The position numbers and the translations under genes were made by a program. A DNA stretch of 64,000 nucleotides, taken from a virus. Lineage: Duplodnaviria > Caudoviricetes. Location: positions 1 through 64,000 of IMG/VR virus record IMGVR_UViG_3300030330_000562; one strand, 5' to 3'. Each line of letters begins with the position of its first letter. Within the stretch, counting starts at the first letter, position 1. Under the pieces are notes generated by a model, which was given only the letters and a program-made list of their open reading frames with translations, did not search any database and was not told where the DNA came from. Of the stretch, positions 46,643 to 53,821 are shown piece after piece.

Positions 46643-46897
46643 ATGAAGAAACCAGCAATGTATTCTTCTGACAATGTCGTAGAAGAATTTTACAGGGCAT
46701 TAGCTTCAGAAGATGAAGGTAAACTACGTAGAGTACACATTCCTAGATCCGATGTGTTCTACATTAGAGAAAAAATACGAAATGATACAGGTATAAAGTA
46801 CTCTCTAGACAGGGTAGAGAGAGCTATGTACCTTGAAGGTCATTTAAAAGCACGAGATGTACTAGATCCTAGAAGAAAACGAGATTGGGAAGACTAA
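46643..46897 (+). CDS. Hypothetical protein
   Basis: 84 aa, first ORF of late arm. Confidence 0.65.
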   Translation: MKKPAMYSSDNVVEEFYRALASEDEGKLRRVHIPRSDVFYIREKIRNDTGIKYSLDRVERAMYLEGHLKARDVLDPRRKRDWED

Positions 46898-47227
46898 ATG
46901 GTAGTAGACTTTGACATTGATGGTGATGGAAAGGTTACAGAAGAAGAAGTAGCCATGAAAGAACGTATGCTTGAGATAGAGCTACGTGAAGAAAAGGCAG
47001 AATCACAAAAATTTATGGCTTGGGTAGCTATGGGTATGATGATTATTTTCACTATCTTCTTATTTACCCCATTAATGTCAGATTCTAGAGTAAATGCCCT
47101 TGCAGATTTGCTTGGGCTATTTTATATTGCACAAACTGGTGTAGTAGCAGCCTATATGGGCGCAACAGCTTATATGGCAGGTAAGCCAATGGGCAATAAA
47201 ATGGCAATGAAAAAGGATATGAGATAA
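46898..47227 (+). CDS. Putative holin with N-terminal EF-hand-like loop
   Basis: DIDGDGKVTEEE followed by two hydrophobic segments; upstream of endolysin. Confidence 0.6.
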   Translation: MVVDFDIDGDGKVTEEEVAMKERMLEIELREEKAESQKFMAWVAMGMMIIFTIFLFTPLMSDSRVNALADLLGLFYIAQTGVVAAYMGATAYMAGKPMGNKMAMKKDMR

Positions 47228-47511
47228 TGGTGGAGGAAAAAAAATCAGGGTATCATCCTGGAGGTAGAGTAAGAGGAAGACCTGTGAGAAGGGGTAGACC
47301 TACTCAAGCTAGACCTACATCAAGAAGAAGACAACAAGTAGCTTCTAAAATTAATGCACCTGGAATACGTGAAACTTTAGCTAAAAAAAGAACTATTAGA
47401 TCTACAGGAAGACCTTCAACAAGAAGGAAACCTCCATCAAGAGCTAATCCAATAAGCAGATTTAATCAAGCTAGCAGAAGAGCTATGGGCAGATTTAACA
47501 GGAGAAAATAA
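47227..47511 (+). CDS. Arg-rich basic protein
   Basis: 94 aa, very Arg-rich, YHPGG motif. Confidence 0.6.
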   Translation: MVEEKKSGYHPGGRVRGRPVRRGRPTQARPTSRRRQQVASKINAPGIRETLAKKRTIRSTGRPSTRRKPPSRANPISRFNQASRRAMGRFNRRK

Positions 47512-47978
47512 TGGGTTTTAGATTAAGTCAGAGATCACTGGATAAATTAGAGGGTGTACACCCAGCTATGACTGGAGTTGTCGAAAGAGCTATTCAACTT
47601 ACAGATGTAGACTTTGGAGTTACGCAGGGTATACGTACTCTAGATGAGCAGAAGGCTAATGTAGCTGCAGGAAGATCTCAGACTATGAAATCTAAGCACT
47701 TATTACAGGATGATGGCTTCAGTCATGCGGTGGATGTAGTAGCTTATGTAGGATCAGACGTATCCTGGGAGTTAAACCTCTACGATAACATCTGTGACGC
47801 ATTTAAAAAGGCTGCAGAAGAAACTGAAGCAGCCGTAAAGTGGGGTGCTGCCTGGTCTGAGGGAGATATTAGGTCGTATCCCGGCACAGCAGAGGATGCA
47901 ATGATGGCATACGTAGACTTACGTAGATCACAGGGACGTAGACCTTTCATTGATGCACCTCACTTTGAGTTAATGTAG
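47511..47978 (+). CDS. Endolysin, M15 (L-Ala-D-Glu) peptidase type
   Basis: LSQRSLDKLEGVHP, VTQGIRT, SKHL...HAVDV, WGAAW, DAPHFEL. Confidence 0.88.
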   Translation: MGFRLSQRSLDKLEGVHPAMTGVVERAIQLTDVDFGVTQGIRTLDEQKANVAAGRSQTMKSKHLLQDDGFSHAVDVVAYVGSDVSWELNLYDNICDAFKKAAEETEAAVKWGAAWSEGDIRSYPGTAEDAMMAYVDLRRSQGRRPFIDAPHFELM

Positions 47979-48187
47979 TGAAAGAGTTTTTATTAGTTAT
48001 AAGTATGTGGGGCAACACTGGTGAAGAGTGGGTATACACAGGTAATCAGTATATTATGCAGGAACTGTTTACTGAGCAACAGTGTGAAATAATTGCTCAA
48101 AATGCAAACTGGGAAAAGTATGAAGAGAATGAATACTTAGGTTTGCAGTTTGATTGTTTTAACAAAGCTGATAGGCAGTGGAAATAG
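47978..48187 (+). CDS. Hypothetical protein
   Basis: GTG start; hydrophobic N-terminus, two Cys. Confidence 0.55.
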   Translation: MKEFLLVISMWGNTGEEWVYTGNQYIMQELFTEQQCEIIAQNANWEKYEENEYLGLQFDCFNKADRQWK

Positions 48188-48191
48188 TAGT

Positions 48192-48518
48192 ATGGAAAAT
48201 TTAAAACTTCCAGTAGCTCTTGTAGCTGCAATGGCTATACAACTGGCAGGTGGTGTTTGGTGGGTATCTCAACAATCAGCCACTATAACTTCTTTAGAAG
48301 AAACAGTATCTCAACTAGGATCTCGTATGGCTATTGAAGATAACATAAATCTTAAAAGAGATGCCAAGCAAGCCTTAGATGAAATAGAAGAGCTTTGGGA
48401 AGAGACTCAATTTCTTTGGGAAGAAGCTAATAGTATGGCTAAACATATGACATCTATTATAGAACTACAACAACGTATTGCCATAGTAGAAAATACTTTA
48501 ACTTACGTGAGTCCTTAA
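48192..48518 (+). CDS. Membrane-anchored coiled-coil protein (inner-spanin-like); track start 48150
   Basis: N-terminal transmembrane segment then coiled coil; in lysis cluster. Confidence 0.55.
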   Translation: MENLKLPVALVAAMAIQLAGGVWWVSQQSATITSLEETVSQLGSRMAIEDNINLKRDAKQALDEIEELWEETQFLWEEANSMAKHMTSIIELQQRIAIVENTLTYVSP

Positions 48519-48880
48519 TGAGATGGTTAATATTCGTTTTATTCTTATCTGGGTGTGGTTTGAGTACTCTCCTTCCGCTAGGCGGATCAGGCGGGCCTAC
48601 AGTAAATTCTAATGCACAGATAGGTGCAGAAAATAGGCAGTCTGCAGTAAGTGTTGAGCAAAATACAACTGCAGGTAGAGATGTAATTTCAAAAGAAGTA
48701 GAGACAGGATCAGTGGGAAGCTTAGATATTATAAATACAAATATACCACCTTGGGTTATGTTACTCTTAATACTTGGTTGGCTACTACCAACACCTACAG
48801 AAATAGGCAGAGGTATAATGAATTTTATACTAACTCTATTTGGTAGAAAAGATAATCCCAAGTATGAAAGATATAAGTAA
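48518..48880 (+). CDS. Lipoprotein with C-terminal hydrophobic segment (spanin-like)
   Basis: Lipobox LSG-C at residue 13; IPPWVMLLLILGWLLP. Confidence 0.65.
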   Translation: MRWLIFVLFLSGCGLSTLLPLGGSGGPTVNSNAQIGAENRQSAVSVEQNTTAGRDVISKEVETGSVGSLDIINTNIPPWVMLLLILGWLLPTPTEIGRGIMNFILTLFGRKDNPKYERYK

Positions 48881-49122
48881 TGAGAAATTACAAAAACGAG
48901 TATAAGAAGTATCAAGGTACATCTGTACAGAAAAAGAATAGGGCTTCACGTAATGCAGCTCGCAACACGTTGAAGAAAGCAGGAGTAGTAAAAAAAGGCG
49001 ATGGCAAGGACGTAAACCATCGTAATGGTAATCCCAGAGACAATAGGTCAAAGAATCTATCAGTTACAACTAAACGTGCTAATAGGTCTTTTCCTAGAAA
49101 TAGCAGAGCAGGAAAAAGATAA
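48880..49122 (+). CDS. Small HNH endonuclease-like protein
   Basis: DGKDVNHRNGNPRDNRSKNL...ANRS. Confidence 0.7.
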   Translation: MRNYKNEYKKYQGTSVQKKNRASRNAARNTLKKAGVVKKGDGKDVNHRNGNPRDNRSKNLSVTTKRANRSFPRNSRAGKR

Positions 49123-49418
49123 TGACGACTAAGCGTAAAAGCACAGGGATGAAGGGTCTGACTATTAAAGGGGGCCATAAACGTCCTACTAAAAAAGGCG
49201 CTGGTATGACAGCTAAAGGTGTAGCTGCGTATAGAAGAAAAAATCCTGGGTCTAAACTTAAGACTGCTGTTACTGAAAAAAAACCATCAAGTAAAGCTAG
49301 GGCTGCAAGACGTAAGTCTTTCTGTGCTAGATCCGCAGGACAAATGAAAAAATTTCCAAAAGCAGCTAAAGATCCTAATTCAAGATTAAGACAGGCTCGT
49401 AGAAGATGGCGTTGTTAG
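49122..49418 (+). CDS. Basic protein (RRKSFCARS...RRRWRC family)
   Basis: 98 aa Lys/Arg-rich; GMTAKGVAAYR...PGSKLK motif. Confidence 0.7.
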   Translation: MTTKRKSTGMKGLTIKGGHKRPTKKGAGMTAKGVAAYRRKNPGSKLKTAVTEKKPSSKARAARRKSFCARSAGQMKKFPKAAKDPNSRLRQARRRWRC

Positions 49419-49613
49419 ATGTGGATTGCATTCGTACTTCTTTGCAGCACACCTGCAGCAATATCTTGTGAAGTGTTTCCAAAAACAGAAGCAACTTTTC
49501 CTACAGAACAGTCTTGTTTTGATGAAGCATCAATTGTAGCTAACTATTTTCGAAGTAGAGGTTATCTAGCAAGACCACAGTGTATAAATGTTAAAACAGG
49601 AGTTTCATTATGA
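49419..49613 (+). CDS. Small secreted/membrane Cys-containing protein
   Basis: Hydrophobic N-terminus; four Cys. Confidence 0.6.
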   Translation: MWIAFVLLCSTPAAISCEVFPKTEATFPTEQSCFDEASIVANYFRSRGYLARPQCINVKTGVSL

Positions 49614-49705
49614 AGATGATAAGATGGTTATGGAGATATTTTAGAAGAATAGGTTGTGCAATTTTAAATAAAAATTGTGGACCTGAATGCAACTGTAAGG
49701 CGTAG
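49610..49705 (+). CDS. 31-aa Cys-rich peptide (MKMIRWLWRYFRRIGCAILNKNCGPECNCKA), not in ORF track
   Basis: ATGA overlap with the previous gene; ends 4 nt before the next ATG. Confidence 0.5.
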   Translation: MKMIRWLWRYFRRIGCAILNKNCGPECNCKA

Positions 49706-49709
49706 TAAC

Positions 49710-50000
49710 ATGGCTTTAACAAAACAAAATAAAACTAAAGTTAAGAAAGTAATTAAAGGTTTAAAGAAAGCCTCTAAATTACATGCAGGTCAAGCAAAGA
49801 CTTTAAAAAAAGTAAGTGGAATGTCTAAAGGTGGTAGTACAGTCAACAAAGCAGGTAACTATACCAAGCCTGGGATGCGCAAGAGTTTATTCAACTCAAT
49901 CAAGGCTGGAAGTAAGGGCGGCAATCCAGGCCAATGGTCAGCCAGAAAAGCTCAGATGTTGGCTAAACAGTACAAAGCAAAAGGCGGAGGCTACAAGTAG
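49710..50000 (+). CDS. Basic protein with MSKGG motif (track start 49677)
   Basis: GQWSARKAQMLAKQYKAKGGGYK. Confidence 0.7.
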   Translation: MALTKQNKTKVKKVIKGLKKASKLHAGQAKTLKKVSGMSKGGSTVNKAGNYTKPGMRKSLFNSIKAGSKGGNPGQWSARKAQMLAKQYKAKGGGYK

Positions 50001-50236
50001 TGAAGGCTCCTCAAAAGTCCCTAAAAAAGTGGACAAAACAAAAGTGGCGTACAAAGAGTGGCAAGCCTAGTTCTAAGACTGGTGAACGTTATCTACCTAC
50101 TGCGGCTATTAAGTCTCTTAGCAGCGCTGAGTATGCAGCTACAACCAGAGCTAAACGAAAAGGCAAGGCGGCAGGTAAGCAGCATGTGGCTCAACCTAAG
50201 AAGATTGCAAAAAAGACCAGAGCCTTTAGGAAATAA
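50000..50236 (+). CDS. Basic protein
   Basis: QKSLKKWTKQKWRT..GERYLP motif. Confidence 0.7.
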   Translation: MKAPQKSLKKWTKQKWRTKSGKPSSKTGERYLPTAAIKSLSSAEYAATTRAKRKGKAAGKQHVAQPKKIAKKTRAFRK

Positions 50237-50238
50237 AC

Positions 50239-50544
50239 ATGGCGAAGAAACCAGATCCAAAAGTAGGAACAGGTAAAAAACCAAAAGGGTCTGGACGCAG
50301 ACTATATACGGATGAGAACCCAAAAGATACGGTTCCAATTAAGTTTGCTACTATGGCTGATGCAAAAGCTACAGTAGCTAAAGTAAAAAGAATAAAAAAA
50401 CCTTATGCAAGGAAGATTCAGATCTTGACAGTTGGTGAACAACGTGCTAAAGTAATGGGAAAGACAGCAATAGCAAATGTCTTTAAACAAGCTAAAGCAG
50501 ACTTGCGAAGGAAACATAAAAAAGATGCCGTATCTACAAAGTAG
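50239..50544 (+). CDS. Basic protein
   Basis: GRRLYTDENPKDTVPIKF motif. Confidence 0.7.
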   Translation: MAKKPDPKVGTGKKPKGSGRRLYTDENPKDTVPIKFATMADAKATVAKVKRIKKPYARKIQILTVGEQRAKVMGKTAIANVFKQAKADLRRKHKKDAVSTK

Positions 50545-51205
50545 TATACCCTACTTCAAAGCATGGGTTCGTAGAGAGTATACAAAAAATTTAGAAGAAT
50601 ACCACGGAGAGTTTTTACATGCTATGGTAATTGGTGTAACCACCATGCCAAACAGGACTCTAAGTTTTCAAGTTATATTTACAGGTTGTGAGTCAGATTT
50701 TGATGACTCAGAAAATGTACATGGTGGTGCAATGTGGGCAAGAATGCCTCTAACAGCACTCGTGGCAGATACCCCCCTAGAAGAATGGCCTACAGAGTTA
50801 CCACCATATTTAGCACAACCCTGGGATTGTATGTCGCATACACACTCAGTATATAAATTAGAAAGAGCTACACCTGCTCCTTGGATAGCTAAGGTAGATG
50901 GTGAGTTCTATCCTGCAAAATATTACTTCACTGTAGACTACACAGATAACGAAGTAGCAGACGATCCTGCACAACATAAACAATCTCATGTTTTAGAATT
51001 GTTAGACGCAGGTGAATACACAGGTAACATGGTTGCGTTGCCCAATAATAGAGTGAGAGTAACTCACCCAGCTTGGTTTGAAACTGGACAAGGTGCTCCA
51101 GATTTTAGACCTAATCAAAATATTTATAACTCAAAAGAAAACGTAGACTATGTATGGGATACGCAACGAGTGTTTAACAATTTATATAGTGAGGAAGAAC
51201 AATGA
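50525..51205 (+). CDS. Conserved phage protein of unknown function (track start 50477)
   Basis: GGAMWARMPL, QPWDC, YYFTVDY, HKQSHV, LPNNRVR. Confidence 0.75.
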   Translation: MPYLQSSIPYFKAWVRREYTKNLEEYHGEFLHAMVIGVTTMPNRTLSFQVIFTGCESDFDDSENVHGGAMWARMPLTALVADTPLEEWPTELPPYLAQPWDCMSHTHSVYKLERATPAPWIAKVDGEFYPAKYYFTVDYTDNEVADDPAQHKQSHVLELLDAGEYTGNMVALPNNRVRVTHPAWFETGQGAPDFRPNQNIYNSKENVDYVWDTQRVFNNLYSEEEQ

Positions 51206-51573
51206 AACCAGATTTTTTAGATATTGATAAAGACGGTGATAAAAAAGAGTCTATGAAAAAAGCCTCTAAAGACCGTAAAAAGAAAAAAGGAATGGCTAAA
51301 GGTGGGGCTATGATGAAGAAAAAAGGTATGGCTAATGGTGGTGCTATGATGAAAAAGAAAGGCATGGCCAAAGGCGGAGCACAAATGAAAAAGAAGGGTA
51401 TGGCTAACGGTGGAGCCATGATGAAGAAAAAGGGTATGGCTAACGGTGGAGCAATGAAAAAGAAAGCTTACGCTAAGGGTGGTAGAGTTGCCATGTATAA
51501 CGTAGGTGGAATGGTTAAGTCTTCTGGTGAGCTTAATACAGGTATTGCTAGACCTAAAAATACCTACAAGTAA
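51202..51573 (+). CDS. Basic repeat protein (KKKGMAxGGAxM)n
   Basis: Five 11-12-aa repeats plus two variant GG motifs; N-terminal DIDKDGD. Confidence 0.8.
   Translation: MKPDFLDIDKDGDKKESMKKASKDRKKKKGMAKGGAMMKKKGMANGGAMMKKKGMAKGGAQMKKKGMANGGAMMKKKGMANGGAMKKKAYAKGGRVAMYNVGGMVKSSGELNTGIARPKNTYK
51280..51483 (+). repeat. ~36-bp degenerate coding tandem repeat
   Basis: Encodes KKKGMA(K/N)GGA(M/Q)M x5 and KKKAYAKGG. Confidence 0.85.
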
Positions 51574-51584
51574 GGAGTAATACA

Positions 51585-52043
51585 ATGGCAGGTAAATACG
51601 ATGGTATGACCTTTAAAAAAGCTTTTAATGCCGCACGTAAAGAAAAAGGTGCAGGTAAAGTTTTTACTTATAAAGGTAAAAGATATACTACTAATTTAAA
51701 AGAAGAAGAAAAGAAAATTACAAGACGTAAATCAGGTGCTCCTAAGAAATCTCTTAAACCTAAAAAACGTCCAGGTTCAGGTAGTGTAGCTGTAGAAAAA
51801 ATTACAGTCACAAAACTTCCACCTGCTTTTACTATTCCAACTAAAGGTGCTCAAGCTAAGATGAGTATTGGACAGCGAGAAGCTTTATCTAAAAAAATAG
51901 ATAGGATAGAGAAAAAAATGAGAAAAGATTTTAAAGATAGTCCTAGTTTAGTAGATGATATTTTAAGAGCAATAAAAAACTTTAGAAGAAAAAATCCATC
52001 TGCTAGTCAGGTTAAAAAAGAAAAATCTAGATTTAAATCGTGA
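51585..52043 (+). CDS. Basic protein
   Basis: FKKAFNAARK..G.GKVFTYKGKRYTT motif; SD AAGGAG. Confidence 0.7.
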   Translation: MAGKYDGMTFKKAFNAARKEKGAGKVFTYKGKRYTTNLKEEEKKITRRKSGAPKKSLKPKKRPGSGSVAVEKITVTKLPPAFTIPTKGAQAKMSIGQREALSKKIDRIEKKMRKDFKDSPSLVDDILRAIKNFRRKNPSASQVKKEKSRFKS

Positions 52044-52050
52044 GGAATAG

Positions 52051-52287
52051 ATGAAAATAGAAGGTGATAAGGTAGTAGATCAATATGGTGCCATTCTTGC
52101 AGAGTATATTCGTGGAGAATGGCACACGAAAGATCCTGCTGTATTAAATTTTGTAAAAGATACAGAAGAAGTAAAAGTACGTGCTCGTAATAAAAAGGGT
52201 CAACTAATTGGAGACGATCCTTCTACCCCTGATATAAATGAAGCTTGGACTACCAAGGTAGTTAAAAAGGTTAAAGGAAAGTCATAA
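52051..52287 (+). CDS. Hypothetical protein
   Basis: RARNKKGQLIGDDPSTPDINEAW motif. Confidence 0.7.
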   Translation: MKIEGDKVVDQYGAILAEYIRGEWHTKDPAVLNFVKDTEEVKVRARNKKGQLIGDDPSTPDINEAWTTKVVKKVKGKS

Positions 52288-52292
52288 CGGGT

Positions 52293-52373
52293 TTGCATTT
52301 TTATCTATAGTAACTTACTATAAAATATAGTATAACTACTCCTGCCCAGTTAGGGCTAACATAGGAGTAGAAA
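52293..52373 (+). promoter_or_regulatory. Promoter, palindromic operator and SD-sequestering hairpin upstream of DUF1127 gene
   Basis: TTGCAT-17nt-TACTAT; TATAGTAA-C-TTACTATA; CTACTCCT/AGGAGTAG stem. Confidence 0.55.
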
Positions 52374-52538
52374 ATGATTAAACGTTTATTTAATAGGATA
52401 ATAGAAGCAAGAGCAGAATCAGCAAGACGTAAGATTGCAAAAATGCAACTTTACAGAATGACTGATAGAGAGCTAAGAGACTTAGGAATAGGTAGATGTG
52501 ATATAGAAAGGGTTGTACTGACAGGTAAAGCCCTTTGA
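52374..52538 (+). CDS. DUF1127 (YjiS-like) small protein, 54 aa, not in ORF track
   Basis: Manual translation MIKRLFNRIIEARAESARRKIAKMQLYRMTDRELRDLGIGRCDIERVVLTGKAL; L..MTDRELRDLGI.R.DI signature; SD AGGAG. Confidence 0.82.
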   Translation: MIKRLFNRIIEARAESARRKIAKMQLYRMTDRELRDLGIGRCDIERVVLTGKAL

Positions 52539-52589
52539 AAAGTACAATAACTTCTTTAATGATTCTAGGAGTACTTTGGGAGGAGGCTC

Positions 52590-53054
52590 GTGGACCCAGT
52601 TACAATAATCGGTGGAGCTACCGTAGCGTTCAATGCATTGAAGAGAGGCTTTCAGGTAGGTAAAGATCTGCAAGATATGTCAGGACAGTTAACTCAATGG
52701 GCAAGTGCTATGAGTGATCTGTCCTACGCAGAGCAAAAAAACAAAAACCCACCTTGGTGGAAAGCACTTAACGGACAATCTGTTGAAGCTCAGGCTTTAG
52801 AAATATTTACAGCTAAAAAGAAAGCTGAAGCCATGCGTAAAGAACTTAAAGACTGGATTAGTTTCAGTATGGGTCCATCTGCATGGGATGAGCTTGTAGC
52901 AACTGAAGGTAAAATACGTAAACAAAAGAAAGAACAAGAATATCGTAAAGCTGAAATGCAAGAGGCAATCATAACTTGGGGTCTTTCAGGTTTTATACTC
53001 TTACTGTTTATAGGTATTTTTTCTTTCGTAGTATATATGGTGAAATATGGCTAG
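52590..53054 (+). CDS. Conserved phage protein with C-terminal transmembrane segment
   Basis: MDPVTII.GAT.AFNA.K motif; GTG start. Confidence 0.7.
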   Translation: MDPVTIIGGATVAFNALKRGFQVGKDLQDMSGQLTQWASAMSDLSYAEQKNKNPPWWKALNGQSVEAQALEIFTAKKKAEAMRKELKDWISFSMGPSAWDELVATEGKIRKQKKEQEYRKAEMQEAIITWGLSGFILLLFIGIFSFVVYMVKYG

Positions 53055-53415
53055 AAATTTAACAGAAAAACAACAGAAGTTTTTAGATGTATTGTTTGAA
53101 GAAGCTGGAGGTAATTTATCTACAGCTAGAAAACTTGCAGGTTATGCAGACGGTGTATCTTCAAAAGCAATTGCAGAGTCTCTATCTGAAGAGATTGCAG
53201 AGCTAACTAAAAGATTTATTAGTTCATCGGCTGTAAAAGCTGCATATTCAATGTTTGAGGTTATGAACAATCCTACAGACTTAGGTAATAAAGAAAAGAT
53301 GGCAGCAGCAAAAGATGTTTTAGACCGTAGTGGTTTTATTAAAACAGAGAAGGTAGAAGTATCTGCAGCTAACCCACTATTTATTTTACCACAGAAAGCT
53401 AATGAAGACGAATAA
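53047..53415 (+). CDS. Putative terminase small subunit
   Basis: LTEKQQKFL...AGY HTH-like N-terminus, AAKDVLDRSG; upstream of TerL. Confidence 0.65.
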   Translation: MARNLTEKQQKFLDVLFEEAGGNLSTARKLAGYADGVSSKAIAESLSEEIAELTKRFISSSAVKAAYSMFEVMNNPTDLGNKEKMAAAKDVLDRSGFIKTEKVEVSAANPLFILPQKANEDE

Positions 53416-53821
53416 AACTTGGAAGCTACCCAAACCTGTAGAGGTAGATGGTAAGTATGAGTGGAGACCAGTTGTAAGAGTTGGAACTCACGTACCATTT
53501 GGATATAAACAAGATCCTAATGATGAGGATATACTACTACCAATTCCAGAAGAACTAGAGTTATTTGAAAAAGCTAAAAAGTTTCTAAAGCAATATAGTT
53601 ACAGAGAAGTTGCAGCTTGGCTCAGTACTCAATCAGAACGATACATTTCTCATGTAGGTTTATATAAGAGGGTAAAAATTGAGCAACAACGTAAGAACGA
53701 AGCTTCAACTCAACGCTACCTTGCCAAAAGGTACAAAGAAGCGTTACAAAAAGCGGAAAAGCTCGAAACCCAAAGACTTGGTTACAGAGAAAAAGTTAGC
53801 TCCAGCCCAACCGAAGCCTGA
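53402..53821 (+). CDS. DNA-binding protein (recombinase-HTH-like) in packaging module
   Basis: VPFGY, SYREVAAWLS, ISHVGLYKR. Confidence 0.6.
   Translation: MKTNKTWKLPKPVEVDGKYEWRPVVRVGTHVPFGYKQDPNDEDILLPIPEELELFEKAKKFLKQYSYREVAAWLSTQSERYISHVGLYKRVKIEQQRKNEASTQRYLAKRYKEALQKAEKLETQRLGYREKVSSSPTEA

Noticed and set aside
51280-51483. ~36-bp periodic repeat as a CRISPR array
   Set aside because: Repeats are contiguous, degenerate at third codon positions, in frame in an ORF and have no unique spacers; no cas genes
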